Shown piece after piece: positions 9,858 through 19,627 of a DNA stretch of 64,000 nt. The notes under the pieces were generated by a model. That model did not search any database. It was not told where the DNA came from and saw nothing but the letters and a program-made list of their open reading frames with translations. Within the stretch, counting starts at the first letter, position 1. Each line of letters opens with the position of its first letter. Source of the stretch: Candidatus Eiseniibacteriota bacterium (lineage in GTDB: Bacteria > Eisenbacteria > RBG-16-71-46 > SZUA-252); assembly GCA_963703225.1 (NCBI GenBank), contig OY969801.1, positions 1,312,001-1,376,000 of the forward strand, written 5' to 3'. Position numbers and translations under genes: made by a program.

Positions 9858-11508
9858 GGCCTACCTGGTCGATCGGCTGAAGGCCGCGATCGGGAAGGCC
9901 GGGTTCGGGCTGCCCGACGGCGTCGCCGTGGAGGTCGAAGTGCCGCGAGAGTCCGGGCGCGGCGACTGGGCGAGTAACATCGCCCTCGCGCTGGCCAAGA
10001 CCGCGCGCCGGCCGCCGCGCGAGGTGGCGCAGGCGCTCGTCGACGCGCTGGACGTGGAGCCCGACGTACTCGCCAAGGTCGAGGTCGCGGGCGCCGGATT
10101 TCTCAACTTCCGCCTCAGCCCCGCGTGGCTCCAGAGCACGCTGCGTCGGATTCTCGATGACCCCGATTCGTACGGGGCGAGCGAGGTGGGCGGCGGGGAG
10201 ACCGTTCTCGTCGAGTACGTGAGCGCGAACCCCACCGGACCTCTCAACGTGGTGAACGCGCGCGCCGCGAGCATCGGGGACACGCTCATCCAGATTCTGA
10301 ACGCCACCGGACACCGCGCCGCGGGGGAGTTCTACTGCAACGACTGGGGACTTCAGGCGGAGCTGTTTGGTGCGTCGATCCGCACCCGCTTCGCCGAGCG
10401 ACTCGGGCTCGAGGCGCCCCCGATCCCGGAGGAAGGGTACGCGGGAACCTACGTCGTCGAGCTCGCGGCCGGCCTCGCGGAGGGCGAAGGGCGCCGGTGG
10501 CTCGCCCTGCCGGAGCGCGAGCAGCGCCGGGCGTTCGGCTCCTGGGGCATCGACCAGATGCTCGAGCGCCAGAAACGCGACCTCACCCGTTTCGGCGCGC
10601 GCATCGACCGCTGGTATCGGGAGAGCGAGCTTCATCGGGGCGGCGCCGTGGAATCGGCGCGCGAGAAATTGAGAAGGGGCGGCGTCCTCGACGAGCGGGA
10701 CGGGGCACTCTGGTTTCGCTCCACCCAATTCGGCGACCAGGAGGACCGGGTGGTGGTCCGGTCGAACGGCGAGCCGACCTACTTTCTCGCCGACGCGGCC
10801 TATCACCACGATAAGTTCACCCGCGGGTATCACCGCCTGATCGACCTGCTGGGGCCCGACCACCACGGGCACATCACCCGGATGGCGGGCGTCCTCGACG
10901 CGCTCGGCTGGCCCAAGGATCGGTTCGAGGTGATCCTGATCCAGTGGGTGCGTCTCCTCCGCGGCGGCGAAGTGGTGAAGATGTCGAAGCGCGCGGGGGA
11001 TTTCGTCACTTTGGACGAGTTGGTCGACGAGGTCGGTGTCGACGCGGCTCGGTTCTTCTTCCTGATGCGTCGGGCGGAGAGCCCCATGGATTTCGACATC
11101 GACCTCGCCCTCAAGCGGACGGAGGACAATCCCGTCTTCTACGTGCAGTACGCCCACGCGCGCATCGCGCATGTGCTCGGCTACGCACGGGAGCAGGGCG
11201 TGGCCGATCCCGATCCGCTCGCCGCGCGGCTGGAGCTCCTGCGCGAGCCGGAAACGGAGGAGCTGATGCGCAGCTTGGCCGGGTTTCCCTCCCTCCTGGC
11301 GGCCGCCGCCCGGAGCAGGGAGCCCCATCGCATCCCTGCTTATCTCAAGGACTTGGCGGCTCGATTTCATTCGTTTTATCACCAGCACCGGGTGGTCACG
11401 GCGGACGCGCCGATGACGGACGCGAGGCTTCTCCTGACCCGCGCGGCGGGGTTGGTCCTGAAGCGCGGCCTTGGACTCTTGGGCGTGAGCGCGCCCGAGG
11501 CGATGTAG
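9838..11508 (+). CDS. argS: Arginine--tRNA ligase
   Basis: GDWASN, GFLNF, VEYVSANPTGPL, KMSKRAG and YVQYAHAR motifs. Start approximate. Confidence 0.95.
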   Translation: MKSWPIEAYLVDRLKAAIGKAGFGLPDGVAVEVEVPRESGRGDWASNIALALAKTARRPPREVAQALVDALDVEPDVLAKVEVAGAGFLNFRLSPAWLQSTLRRILDDPDSYGASEVGGGETVLVEYVSANPTGPLNVVNARAASIGDTLIQILNATGHRAAGEFYCNDWGLQAELFGASIRTRFAERLGLEAPPIPEEGYAGTYVVELAAGLAEGEGRRWLALPEREQRRAFGSWGIDQMLERQKRDLTRFGARIDRWYRESELHRGGAVESAREKLRRGGVLDERDGALWFRSTQFGDQEDRVVVRSNGEPTYFLADAAYHHDKFTRGYHRLIDLLGPDHHGHITRMAGVLDALGWPKDRFEVILIQWVRLLRGGEVVKMSKRAGDFVTLDELVDEVGVDAARFFFLMRRAESPMDFDIDLALKRTEDNPVFYVQYAHARIAHVLGYAREQGVADPDPLAARLELLREPETEELMRSLAGFPSLLAAAARSREPHRIPAYLKDLAARFHSFYHQHRVVTADAPMTDARLLLTRAAGLVLKRGLGLLGVSAPEAM

Positions 11509-11510
11509 CC

Positions 11511-12440
11511 ATGGCGATCGCGGTCGTCGGCTCGATCGGGCTCGATACCATCCAGACCCCGGCCGGCCGCGTGGAGGAAGTCTTGGGGGGGTCGGCCGCC
11601 TACTTCTCGCTCGCCGCCCGCCATTTCCTGCCCGTTTCGCTGGTCGCGGTGGTGGGGCAGGACTTCCCGGCCGAGGCCCGCATGATGCTCGAGCACCCCG
11701 ATCTCGACTTGAGCGGGCTCGAGGTGAGCGAGGGGAAGACCTTTCGCTGGGAGGGCGTCTACAGCGAGGACATGAACACGCGGGAGACCCTGCGCACCGA
11801 GCTGAACGTCTTCGAGCGGTTCAAGCCCAACCTTCTGGAGCGGACCCGCGCGTTGAAGAACATCTTCCTGGCGAACATCGACCCGGTGCTCCAGCGGGAC
11901 GTTTTGGGTCAGCTCCAACAGCCCCAGCTGGTTCTCGCCGATACCATGAACTACTGGATCCAGAGCAAGCGGGAGGAGGTTCTCGAGATCTTGCGTCAGG
12001 TGAGGATGCTCATCATCAACGAGGAAGAGGCCCGCGAGATCACCGGCGAGGCGTTGACGCACAAGGCGGCCCGCGCGATCCTCTCGTTGGGGCCGGAGAC
12101 GGTCGTGGTCAAGCAGGGAGAGCACGGCGCATTTCTCCAGAGCAGCGAAGAGTACTTCAGCTGTCCGGCATTCCCGATCGAATCGGTCGTCGATCCGACC
12201 GGGGCCGGCGATTCGTTCGCCGGGGGATTCGTGGGAGCGTTGGCGCGGATGGGGCGGGTGAGCGATCGAAATCTCCGCCGAGCGGTGGTCTACGGCGCCG
12301 TCCTCGCTTCGTTCACGGTCGAGGGGTTTGGCGTGAGCGGCCTCCTGCGCGCCTCCCGCGACGCGATCCTGAGCCGAGCCCAGGCGATCGCGTCGATGAC
12401 GCGATTCGATCTTTCCGATACCTCGCGCATTCTTCGTTGA
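11511..12440 (+). CDS. PfkB-family carbohydrate kinase
   Basis: LGGSAAY, DTMNYWI and DPTGAGDSFAGG signatures. Confidence 0.92.
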   Translation: MAIAVVGSIGLDTIQTPAGRVEEVLGGSAAYFSLAARHFLPVSLVAVVGQDFPAEARMMLEHPDLDLSGLEVSEGKTFRWEGVYSEDMNTRETLRTELNVFERFKPNLLERTRALKNIFLANIDPVLQRDVLGQLQQPQLVLADTMNYWIQSKREEVLEILRQVRMLIINEEEAREITGEALTHKAARAILSLGPETVVVKQGEHGAFLQSSEEYFSCPAFPIESVVDPTGAGDSFAGGFVGALARMGRVSDRNLRRAVVYGAVLASFTVEGFGVSGLLRASRDAILSRAQAIASMTRFDLSDTSRILR

Positions 12441-12555
12441 CCGCCCATGTTGACGGCGACGAAGCATCGACGCGGAAAGCTCGCGCCGGGTTCGGGCTCC
12501 CGCCGCTGGCCGGCGATCCTGGCGCGGGTTGCATCGGCGGAAGACCCGGCGGCGT

Positions 12556-12570
12556 TGGCACGACCGTTGC
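12556..12570 (+). promoter_or_regulatory. sigma54 (-24/-12) promoter
   Basis: TGGCACGACCGTTGC closely matches the TGGCAC-N5-TTGC consensus, about 50 nt before the HD-GYP start. Confidence 0.75.
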
Positions 12571-12619
12571 GCCAGGCGCCTCGGTCTCCGCGGTCTACGA
12601 TTCCGCCCGAGGAAATCGC

Positions 12620-13960
12620 GTGAACGCTTCGAGCTCCTTCCAACCTGATCCCAAGCCGTCGGGCGTGCGGGGCCTTGGCGCGCGCGTCCTCTGGTTCGCG
12701 GTTCCCTCGTTTCTCGCCGCGCTGCCGCTCTTGTTGGCCCTCTTCGGGACAGACGAGATCCGCCAGACGCGCTGGGACGTCTGGGGAATCGCCGCGTGGT
12801 TCGCCCTCCTGCTCGCGGCGGAGGCGCTCCCGGTCCCGCTCCCTCGCGGCGGAACGATGACGGTCGCCTCGATCCTCGACATCGGCGCGATCCTCCTCTT
12901 CGGGCCGTGGGTGGCCGGAGCGCTCGATCTGCTCACCGCGCTCCCGGCCCAACTCCTGATCCTCCGGAATCGGCCCGGCGCGTCCGCCCTGAACGCGGGG
13001 CTCTACGCCTCCACGACGGTGGTGGCCGGCTCCGCGTACCTCGCGGCGGGGGGCTCCCTCGGGGTTCCACGGCTGGGGCAGGACCTCCTCCCGGTTCTCC
13101 TCGCGGGGTCGCTCTACTACGCCCTCAATACGGGCTGGGTCAGCCTCATCCTCGGGGCGCGTGCGCGGGAATCGGCGCTCACGATCTGGCGCCAGCACTT
13201 TCGCGACGGGCTGCCGCAGCACGCGCTCTCGCTGGGTTTCGGCCTCCTCTTCGCTCAGGTGCGCGTGGCGGCCGGACTGCCGGGCGTGCTCCTGCTCGCT
13301 CTTCCGCTTCTCTTCGCCCGGTACGCGCTCCGGCTGTACGCCGACCTGAGGGACGATCTGGTGAGCTTCGTTCGCGCGCTCAGCTTCGCGCTCGACGCGG
13401 TCGACCCCTACACGCACGAGCATTCGGTGCGGGTCGCCGACTATTCGGTCCAAGTCGCGCGCCAGATGGGCCTCCATGCAACCGAGGTGGAGACGATCCG
13501 CTACGCGGCGCTCGTGCACGACATTGGAAAGATCGCCCAGCGTCCCGAAGTGATCCGCAAGCCCGAACGGTTGAGCGAAGAGGAGCGGCGGCTGATGATG
13601 CGCCATCCTGAAGCAGGCGCCAGAATCATCGGACAGATACGGGCCTTGAAGGACGCCGCCCACATGGTTCGGACGCACCACTGGCGCCCGGACGGAAAGG
13701 GTTATCCCAGCGGTCTCTCCGAGGCCGACGTCCCGCTCGGGGCGCGGATCATCCACGTCTGCGACGCGTTCGACGCCATGACCTCCGATCGGCCGTATCG
13801 GCAAGGCCTCCCGATGGCGCGTGCGCTGGCCGAGCTTCGACGCCACGCGGGATCCCAATTCGATCGGGAGATCGTGGAGGCGCTGGTGGCGCTCCATGAA
13901 GGAGGCAAAGCGGGTGCGCGCCCGCAGGTCGAAGAGGGCGCCGCCGCGGAGGTGTCATGA
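12620..13960 (+). CDS. Membrane-bound HD-GYP protein (putative c-di-GMP phosphodiesterase)
   Basis: Multi-TM N-terminus, then HSVRVA, HDIGK, HHWRPDGKGYP and DAFDAMTSDRPYR. GTG 12620 with GAGGA RBS. Confidence 0.9.
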   Translation: MNASSSFQPDPKPSGVRGLGARVLWFAVPSFLAALPLLLALFGTDEIRQTRWDVWGIAAWFALLLAAEALPVPLPRGGTMTVASILDIGAILLFGPWVAGALDLLTALPAQLLILRNRPGASALNAGLYASTTVVAGSAYLAAGGSLGVPRLGQDLLPVLLAGSLYYALNTGWVSLILGARARESALTIWRQHFRDGLPQHALSLGFGLLFAQVRVAAGLPGVLLLALPLLFARYALRLYADLRDDLVSFVRALSFALDAVDPYTHEHSVRVADYSVQVARQMGLHATEVETIRYAALVHDIGKIAQRPEVIRKPERLSEEERRLMMRHPEAGARIIGQIRALKDAAHMVRTHHWRPDGKGYPSGLSEADVPLGARIIHVCDAFDAMTSDRPYRQGLPMARALAELRRHAGSQFDREIVEALVALHEGGKAGARPQVEEGAAAEVS

Positions 13961-14976
13961 GCCGGTACGAGGACGCCGGGGTCAACATCCGGAAGGGGCA
14001 GGAAGCGGTCGACCGGATCGCGAAGCTCTGCCGATCGACGTTCGGCCCGGAGGTCGTCGGGGATTTCGGCGGATTCGCGGGAGCCTATCGCGTTCCCGGG
14101 GCGCCGGGGCAGGTCCTCCTCTCGAGCATCGACGGGGTTGGAACCAAGCTCAAGGTGGCCATCCTCTGCAATCGGCACGACACGGTGGGATACGATCTCG
14201 TCTGCCACTCGGCCAACGACATCCTGGTTCACGGAGCGCGGCCGCTCTTCTTCCTGGACTACATCGCCATGGGCGCCCTCGCACCGGACCGCGTGGTGGA
14301 GCTGGTGCAGGGCATCGCCCGGGGGTGCCTCGAGGTCGGCTGCGCGCTGATCGGCGGGGAGACCGCGGAGATGCCGGGACTCTACGCGGTCGGCGATTAC
14401 GATCTCGCCGGGGCGATCGTCGGCATCGCTCCCGAGTCGGAGATCGTCGACGGGCGCGCGATCGCGCCCGGGGACGTCATCCTTGGGCTCCCGAGCGCGG
14501 GGCTTCACACCAACGGCTACTCGCTGGCCCGGTCGATCCTCTTCGATACGCTCCGCCTGGGCGTCGACGATCCCTCCCCCACGGGCGGCGGCACCGTCGG
14601 AGAGATCCTGCTTCAACCCCACCTCTACTACGGGCTCCAGGTGGGGATCGCCCGCCGGGCGGGCGAGGTTCGGGGAATGGCCCACGTTACCGGCGGCGGA
14701 ATCCCGGGAAACCTTGTCCGTGTGCTGCCCGAGGGGACGCGCGCGGAGATCCGCGCGGGCAGCTGGCCCATCCCGGATTTCTTCCTCTTCATGCAAAAGG
14801 CAGGCAAGGTCTCCCGTGCGGAGGCGTTCGAAGTCTGGAATATGGGCTTGGGTCTTCTCCTCGTGGCGCGATCCAAGGACGTAGAGGCGATCGAGCGGGC
14901 GCTCCAGGCCTCCGGTCACGCCTGCCACAGGGTCGGCGAGATCGCGGCCGGCCCTCGGGAGGTAGCGCTGCTGTAG
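13957..14976 (+). CDS. purM: Phosphoribosylformylglycinamidine cyclo-ligase (AIR synthetase)
   Basis: YEDAGV, DGVGTK, GGETAEMPG, GLHTNGYSL, HVTGGG. Confidence 0.96.
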   Translation: MSRYEDAGVNIRKGQEAVDRIAKLCRSTFGPEVVGDFGGFAGAYRVPGAPGQVLLSSIDGVGTKLKVAILCNRHDTVGYDLVCHSANDILVHGARPLFFLDYIAMGALAPDRVVELVQGIARGCLEVGCALIGGETAEMPGLYAVGDYDLAGAIVGIAPESEIVDGRAIAPGDVILGLPSAGLHTNGYSLARSILFDTLRLGVDDPSPTGGGTVGEILLQPHLYYGLQVGIARRAGEVRGMAHVTGGGIPGNLVRVLPEGTRAEIRAGSWPIPDFFLFMQKAGKVSRAEAFEVWNMGLGLLLVARSKDVEAIERALQASGHACHRVGEIAAGPREVALL

Positions 14977-15000
14977 GTCGCGCGGGACGCGGAGGGGGCG

Positions 15001-16119
15001 GTGGGACACGATCTCGAGACGGCGGACTCGGTTTCGATCGACGCGTGCGCGATCTGGATCGAGGAAATGGCGCGGGGCGGTCCGGGCCCGCACGCGGAGT
15101 CGATGGGCCTGGTCGGGCGGAGCCGTTTCGGTCGTCGCGCTGGGCGCGCGCATCATCTCCCTGGCGCCAAGCCAAGCCACCGTCTTCATCCAGGGCGAGA
15201 CCGGCACCGGCAAGGAGCTGATCGCGCGGGCCCTCCACAGCACAGAGTCCGCGGCGCGAGCGGGCCTTCCTCCCGCACAACTTCGCGGCGATTCCCGACT
15301 CGCTCGTCGAGAGCGAGCTCTTTGGGCACGCGCGGGGAGCGTTCACCGGCGCCCACGCCGATCGGCCGGGTCTCTTCGAACTGGCGGACGGCGGGACGCT
15401 GTTCCTGGACGAGATCGGCGACGCGAGCCCGGCGGTGCAGAGTCGACTGCTTCGCGTGCTTCAGGAGGGGGAGGTTCGCCGCGTCGGCGAGGGCCGGGCC
15501 CGGCGCGTCGACGTGCGCGTGGTCGCGGCGACCCACCGGGACCTGGCGCTGGAGATGCGGGCCAGGCGGTTTCGTGCCGACCTCTTCTACCGGCTCCACG
15601 TCCTGACGATCCGGGCGCCGTCCCTGCGCGAGCGGCGCGAGGACATTCCGCTGCTCGCCGCGCACATTCTCGCGCGGAACCCGGGGCCAGCGCCCGGAGG
15701 CGCGACGGATCACCGCGGGACGCGCTCGATCTTCTGTCGAGGCACTCCTGGCCCGGAAACGTTCGCGAGCTGGAGGCCGCTCTGGAGCGGGCCGTGCACG
15801 CGCTCGAGCCCGACGGCACGATCGCAGCCTCATCGCTGGGCGAGGGGTTCGCGCTCTTCGGGGCGCCCCTCGTGCGTGAGCACGAGGAGACCCTGCACGG
15901 GACCGGAAGAGGGAGCTGGAGGCACGCCTCATTCGCGCCGCGATCGCGCGCGCTGGCGGTAACCGCACCCGCGCCGCGCGGGCCCTCGGGCTGAGCCGAC
16001 AGGGACTCTGGAAGAAGATCCGCCGTCTTTCGCGCGACGGCGCCGCGGAGAGAGCGCTCGCGCTCGCGGAGACAGCGGAGATCGCGCCGGCGGAGGACGT
16101 TCCTCCCGAATCGCCTTGA
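15001..16119 (+). CDS. sigma54-dependent activator (AAA+ and Fis HTH) without a sensory domain, multiply frameshifted
   Basis: Read across frames: [58 protein letters not shown] and [21 protein letters not shown]. Stop TGA at 16117-16119. Confidence 0.85.
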
Positions 16120-16143
16120 TTTCGCGACCCTGATCTCTATACT
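16116..16143 (+). promoter_or_regulatory. Possible sigma70-type promoter
   Basis: TTGATT-N16-TATACT before the oxidoreductase-lnt genes. Confidence 0.4.
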
Positions 16144-16196
16144 CGCGCGTCGTTCGCATCGATCACTCCATCCGTTCCATTCCGGGAGATCACCGC

Positions 16197-17214
16197 GTGG
16201 CCAAGCGTCCCCTCCGCCTCGGCGTCATCGGCGTCGGCGTCGTCGCCCAAGTGAATCACCTGCCCGCGTTAAAGGGGCGCCGGGACGTGGAAGTGGTCGC
16301 GATCAGCGACGATGACGTCGAGAAGGCGCGCATGGTCGCCCAGCACTTCGGCATCGGCCGCTCGGTCGCCGACTACGAGGCGCTGCTCCGCATGGAAGAG
16401 ATCGACGCGGTGATCATCGCCACGCCCAATCATCTCCACGCGCCGATGACCCAGGCCGCGCTCGGCTACGGGAAGCACGTCCTGTGCGAAAAGCCCCCGG
16501 CCCGGACCTTTGCCGAGGCGGCCCAGATGGCCGACGCCGCGCAGAAGAGCGGCAAGGTCCTCATGTACGCGATGAACAACCGGTTTCGCAGCGACGTGAT
16601 CGTGCTCCGGCGCTATCTCGAGCGCGAAGAGCTCGGCAAGATCTTCTACGCCAAGACGGGATGGCTCCGCCGCCGCTCCGACCGCCGCGGCCCGGTCTGG
16701 TACGAAAACAAGAAGAGCTCGGGGGGCGGTGTGCTCATGGACCTCGGGCGTCCAGATGCTGGACCTGTCGCTCTGGCTCCTGGGAAATCCGAAGGTGGTC
16801 TCCGTCACGGCCGCGAAGTACGTCACCGATCCGAGGAAGGACGTCGAGGACACGGTCGCGGCGTTCCTGGTTCTGGAGGGCGGGGCGTCGCTCACGCTGG
16901 AGGTGAGCTGGGCGGTCCTGCTCGAGAAGAATTTCCCCTATCTCAACCTGTTCGGCACCGACGGCGCGGCGCTCCTGAATCCCTTCCGAATCCACAAGGA
17001 GCTGGGCGGCAACCTTCTCAACGTGACCCCCGCGCTCGAATCGATCAAGAACATCTACAAGCAATCCTACGAGCAGGAGCTTGACCACTTCCTCCGCTGC
17101 ATCACGCAGGGGGAGAAGCCCATGGCCAGCGCCGAGGAAGGGCGGGAGATCATGCGCATCATCGACGCCATCTACCAGTCGGCCGAGGCACGCCGCGAGG
17201 TGCGCCTCCATTAG
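16197..17214 (+). CDS. Gfo/Idh/MocA-family oxidoreductase (frameshift near 16748)
   Basis: GVIGVG Rossmann motif, HVLCEKP, SGGGVLMDLG. The C-terminal half continues in ORF 16729..17214. Confidence 0.9.
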
Positions 17215-18781
17215 TCGGTATCGCCGGCCGATTCTCGCGGCCGTATCGGGAGTCCTCCTCAGCCTCTCCTTCCCCTCGGCCGGTCTCTGGCTCCTCGTCT
17301 TCGTCGCCCTGGTGCCCCTCCTCCTCGTGCTGCACGAGGATTCCCCCGGTCCCCGCGATCGCGCCCCCGCTCCTCGAGGCGCGCGCTGGGCGCCGTGGAT
17401 CGCCGGAATCGTGTTCAATATCCTGACCTTCTGGTGGATCGTGCGCCTTCCCGCGAAGGCGATGACCCAGCCTTGGCTTATTTTCCCGGGGCTCTTGGCC
17501 CTGGGTCTCTACCTTGGTCTCTACGTGGCGTGCTTCGGATGGATCGTCCGATTTCTGAGGCGCCGCCTCGGCTGGCCGGTTCTGATCGTGGCCCCCATCG
17601 CGTGGGCCGCGAGCGAATGGGCCAAGTCCTCGGGGACACTCGGCTGTCCCTGGGGGAACGTCGGCTACGCGCTGGCCGAGCATCCCGTGTGGATCCAGGG
17701 CGCTTCGTTGGTGGGAGCGCCCGGGCTGAGCGTCTGGATCGTCACCGTGAATGCTCTCGTGGCCGCCTCGATCGCGACGCGGCGGTGGTGGGCCAGGGTC
17801 GCCTTCGCCGCGCTCGCCGTCGCCGCGACCTGGTTCCCGGTGCAGTGGGGGCAGGCGCGACTGGAAGCCGCTCGGACGCTGCCGCTCGCGCGGGTGGCCC
17901 TGGTGCAGCCCAACGCTTCGAGCGAGGACAAGTGGAACCCCGCTCTCTCGGACTCTGTGGTCGGCGTGCTGGCGCGGATCACGCGCGCCGCGGGCGCGCT
18001 TACGCCGCGGCCCAGCCTGATCATCTGGCCCGAGACGGCGCTGCCGTTTTATCTCCGGCTGGAGCCGCTCAAGCTCAACCGGGTGCTCCTGCTGGTCCGC
18101 GAGGTGGGGTTGCCGGTCCTGGCGGGGTATCCGGATGCGCACCTCTCGACCAGCGGCAGCGTGATGACCCACAACGCCGCGGGGCTCATCCGGCCGGCCG
18201 GAACGTTCGCCGGACAGTACGAGAAGATGCACCTGGTGCCGTTCGGGGAGCGGATCCCATTCCAGAGTCTCCTCCCCTTCCTGGGCAAGATCGACCTGGG
18301 GCAGGCCGAGTGGACGGCCGGTACGCGCCCCGTGGTCTTCTCGGGCGCGGGGCCGGCGTTCGGGGTGATGATCTGCTTCGAATCGATCTTCCCCGACTTG
18401 GCGCGTCGGTACGCGCTGGAGGGGGCGCAGTACCTGGTCAACATCACCAACGACGAGTGGTTCGGGAAGACCGCCGGCCCGGTGCAGCACGCGGAGATGG
18501 CGATCTTCCGCTCCGTCGAAACGGGTCTCTCCACGGCCCGCTGCGCCAACACCGGGATCTCGATGCTGATCGATCCGTACGGCAGGGTGGAGCAGCGGAC
18601 CGGCCTGTTCCGGGAGGCGCTGCTCGCAGGGAACGTCGCGGTCGGAGTCGGGCCGACCTTGTTTCTCCAGTGGGGCGACTGGGTCACGTCGCTTTGCCTC
18701 GGCCTCACGCTGGTCCTCATCGCCGTTGCCTGGTTCCGCCCGATCCAACGGCTGGACGACGCGCTCAAGCCGGGGGTGTGA
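17210..18781 (+). CDS. lnt: Apolipoprotein N-acyltransferase
   Basis: N-terminal TMs, VQPN, WPETA, YEKMHLVPFGE, ICFESIFP, NDEWFG, ANTGIS. Start probably ATT 17210. Confidence 0.93.
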   Translation: MSRYRRPILAAVSGVLLSLSFPSAGLWLLVFVALVPLLLVLHEDSPGPRDRAPAPRGARWAPWIAGIVFNILTFWWIVRLPAKAMTQPWLIFPGLLALGLYLGLYVACFGWIVRFLRRRLGWPVLIVAPIAWAASEWAKSSGTLGCPWGNVGYALAEHPVWIQGASLVGAPGLSVWIVTVNALVAASIATRRWWARVAFAALAVAATWFPVQWGQARLEAARTLPLARVALVQPNASSEDKWNPALSDSVVGVLARITRAAGALTPRPSLIIWPETALPFYLRLEPLKLNRVLLLVREVGLPVLAGYPDAHLSTSGSVMTHNAAGLIRPAGTFAGQYEKMHLVPFGERIPFQSLLPFLGKIDLGQAEWTAGTRPVVFSGAGPAFGVMICFESIFPDLARRYALEGAQYLVNITNDEWFGKTAGPVQHAEMAIFRSVETGLSTARCANTGISMLIDPYGRVEQRTGLFREALLAGNVAVGVGPTLFLQWGDWVTSLCLGLTLVLIAVAWFRPIQRLDDALKPGV

Positions 18782-18791
18782 AGCCCGGGCA

Positions 18792-18820
18792 TTGACGCCC
18801 CCCCCGCGATCGGGTAGAGT
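18792..18820 (+). promoter_or_regulatory. sigma70-type promoter
   Basis: TTGACG-N17-TAGAGT. Confidence 0.6.
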
Positions 18821-18931
18821 GGCGATTCAGGTGGGCCGCCGGACGTCGGCGTCCGCCTCCGATGGCACGGAGGAACCAGAGCGGCAGTGCCCGGCACATC
18901 CTCGTCCCACGTCGATCCCCCAATCAAGCCG

Positions 18932-19627
18932 ATGCCTCGCCCGATTCACCCGGCGGCGACCCTTCTCGCCTGCATCCTCGTTGGACTAGGCCTTTCGCTC
19001 ACGCACGCCCCGATCGACCTCGCCGTCTTGGCCGTGCTCGGCGCCGCGTTCGCGCTCCGCGCGGAAGGGCGATCGATCCGTTCCGAGCTTCCACTCTGGG
19101 CGCTCGCGCTCGTCGTCTTCCTGGCGCACACGTTCCTGTCCGGTCGGCCGATCGCCGTCGCGGCGTTGCCCGCGGCGCTGATCGCGCTCCGACTCCTCGC
19201 GCTCCTCTACCTGCTCCGCTGGGCAGCGCGGGCCTTCCTCGGGAACGCGGCGCGGTGGCTCCTGGCGCTTCCGCTGCCCCGCCGTCCGAGGGTGCTCCTC
19301 CTGGCGCTGGAGAGCGGGCGGCATGCCGTGGCGCTGGTACCGCTCGCCCTCAGGGAGGCGGGCCAGCAGCATGAAGCGCTTCGAGCGAGGGGCTTCCGGC
19401 CGCCGCGAAATGCGACCGGCCGGGCGCGCTACATCGCCGCGTGGCTTCTCCCGTATCTGGGGACGATGCTCCGGCTGGGGGAGTGCTACGGGGAAGCGCT
19501 CTGGGCCCGCGGGTACGCGATGGGGGAGCGACGGAGCAGCGGCCACGGCTGGAGGTGGGGTTGGATCGAGTCGGCCACGATCGTTTTGGGGGCGGCTTCG
19601 GCCGTCTGGCTGCTCCGTGGCGTCTGA
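18932..19627 (+). CDS. ECF transporter T component (EcfT/CbiQ-like)
   Basis: TM helices and two Ala-Arg-Gly coupling motifs (ALRARG, ALWARGY), directly upstream of truA. Confidence 0.7.
   Translation: MPRPIHPAATLLACILVGLGLSLTHAPIDLAVLAVLGAAFALRAEGRSIRSELPLWALALVVFLAHTFLSGRPIAVAALPAALIALRLLALLYLLRWAARAFLGNAARWLLALPLPRRPRVLLLALESGRHAVALVPLALREAGQQHEALRARGFRPPRNATGRARYIAAWLLPYLGTMLRLGECYGEALWARGYAMGERRSSGHGWRWGWIESATIVLGAASAVWLLRGV

Noticed and set aside
18856..18878. ACGGAGGAACC resembling the c-di-AMP (ydaO) riboswitch core
   Set aside because: The downstream conserved GGGGTNAAT and CAGCTAAC elements are missing. Kept only as an unclassified structured leader.
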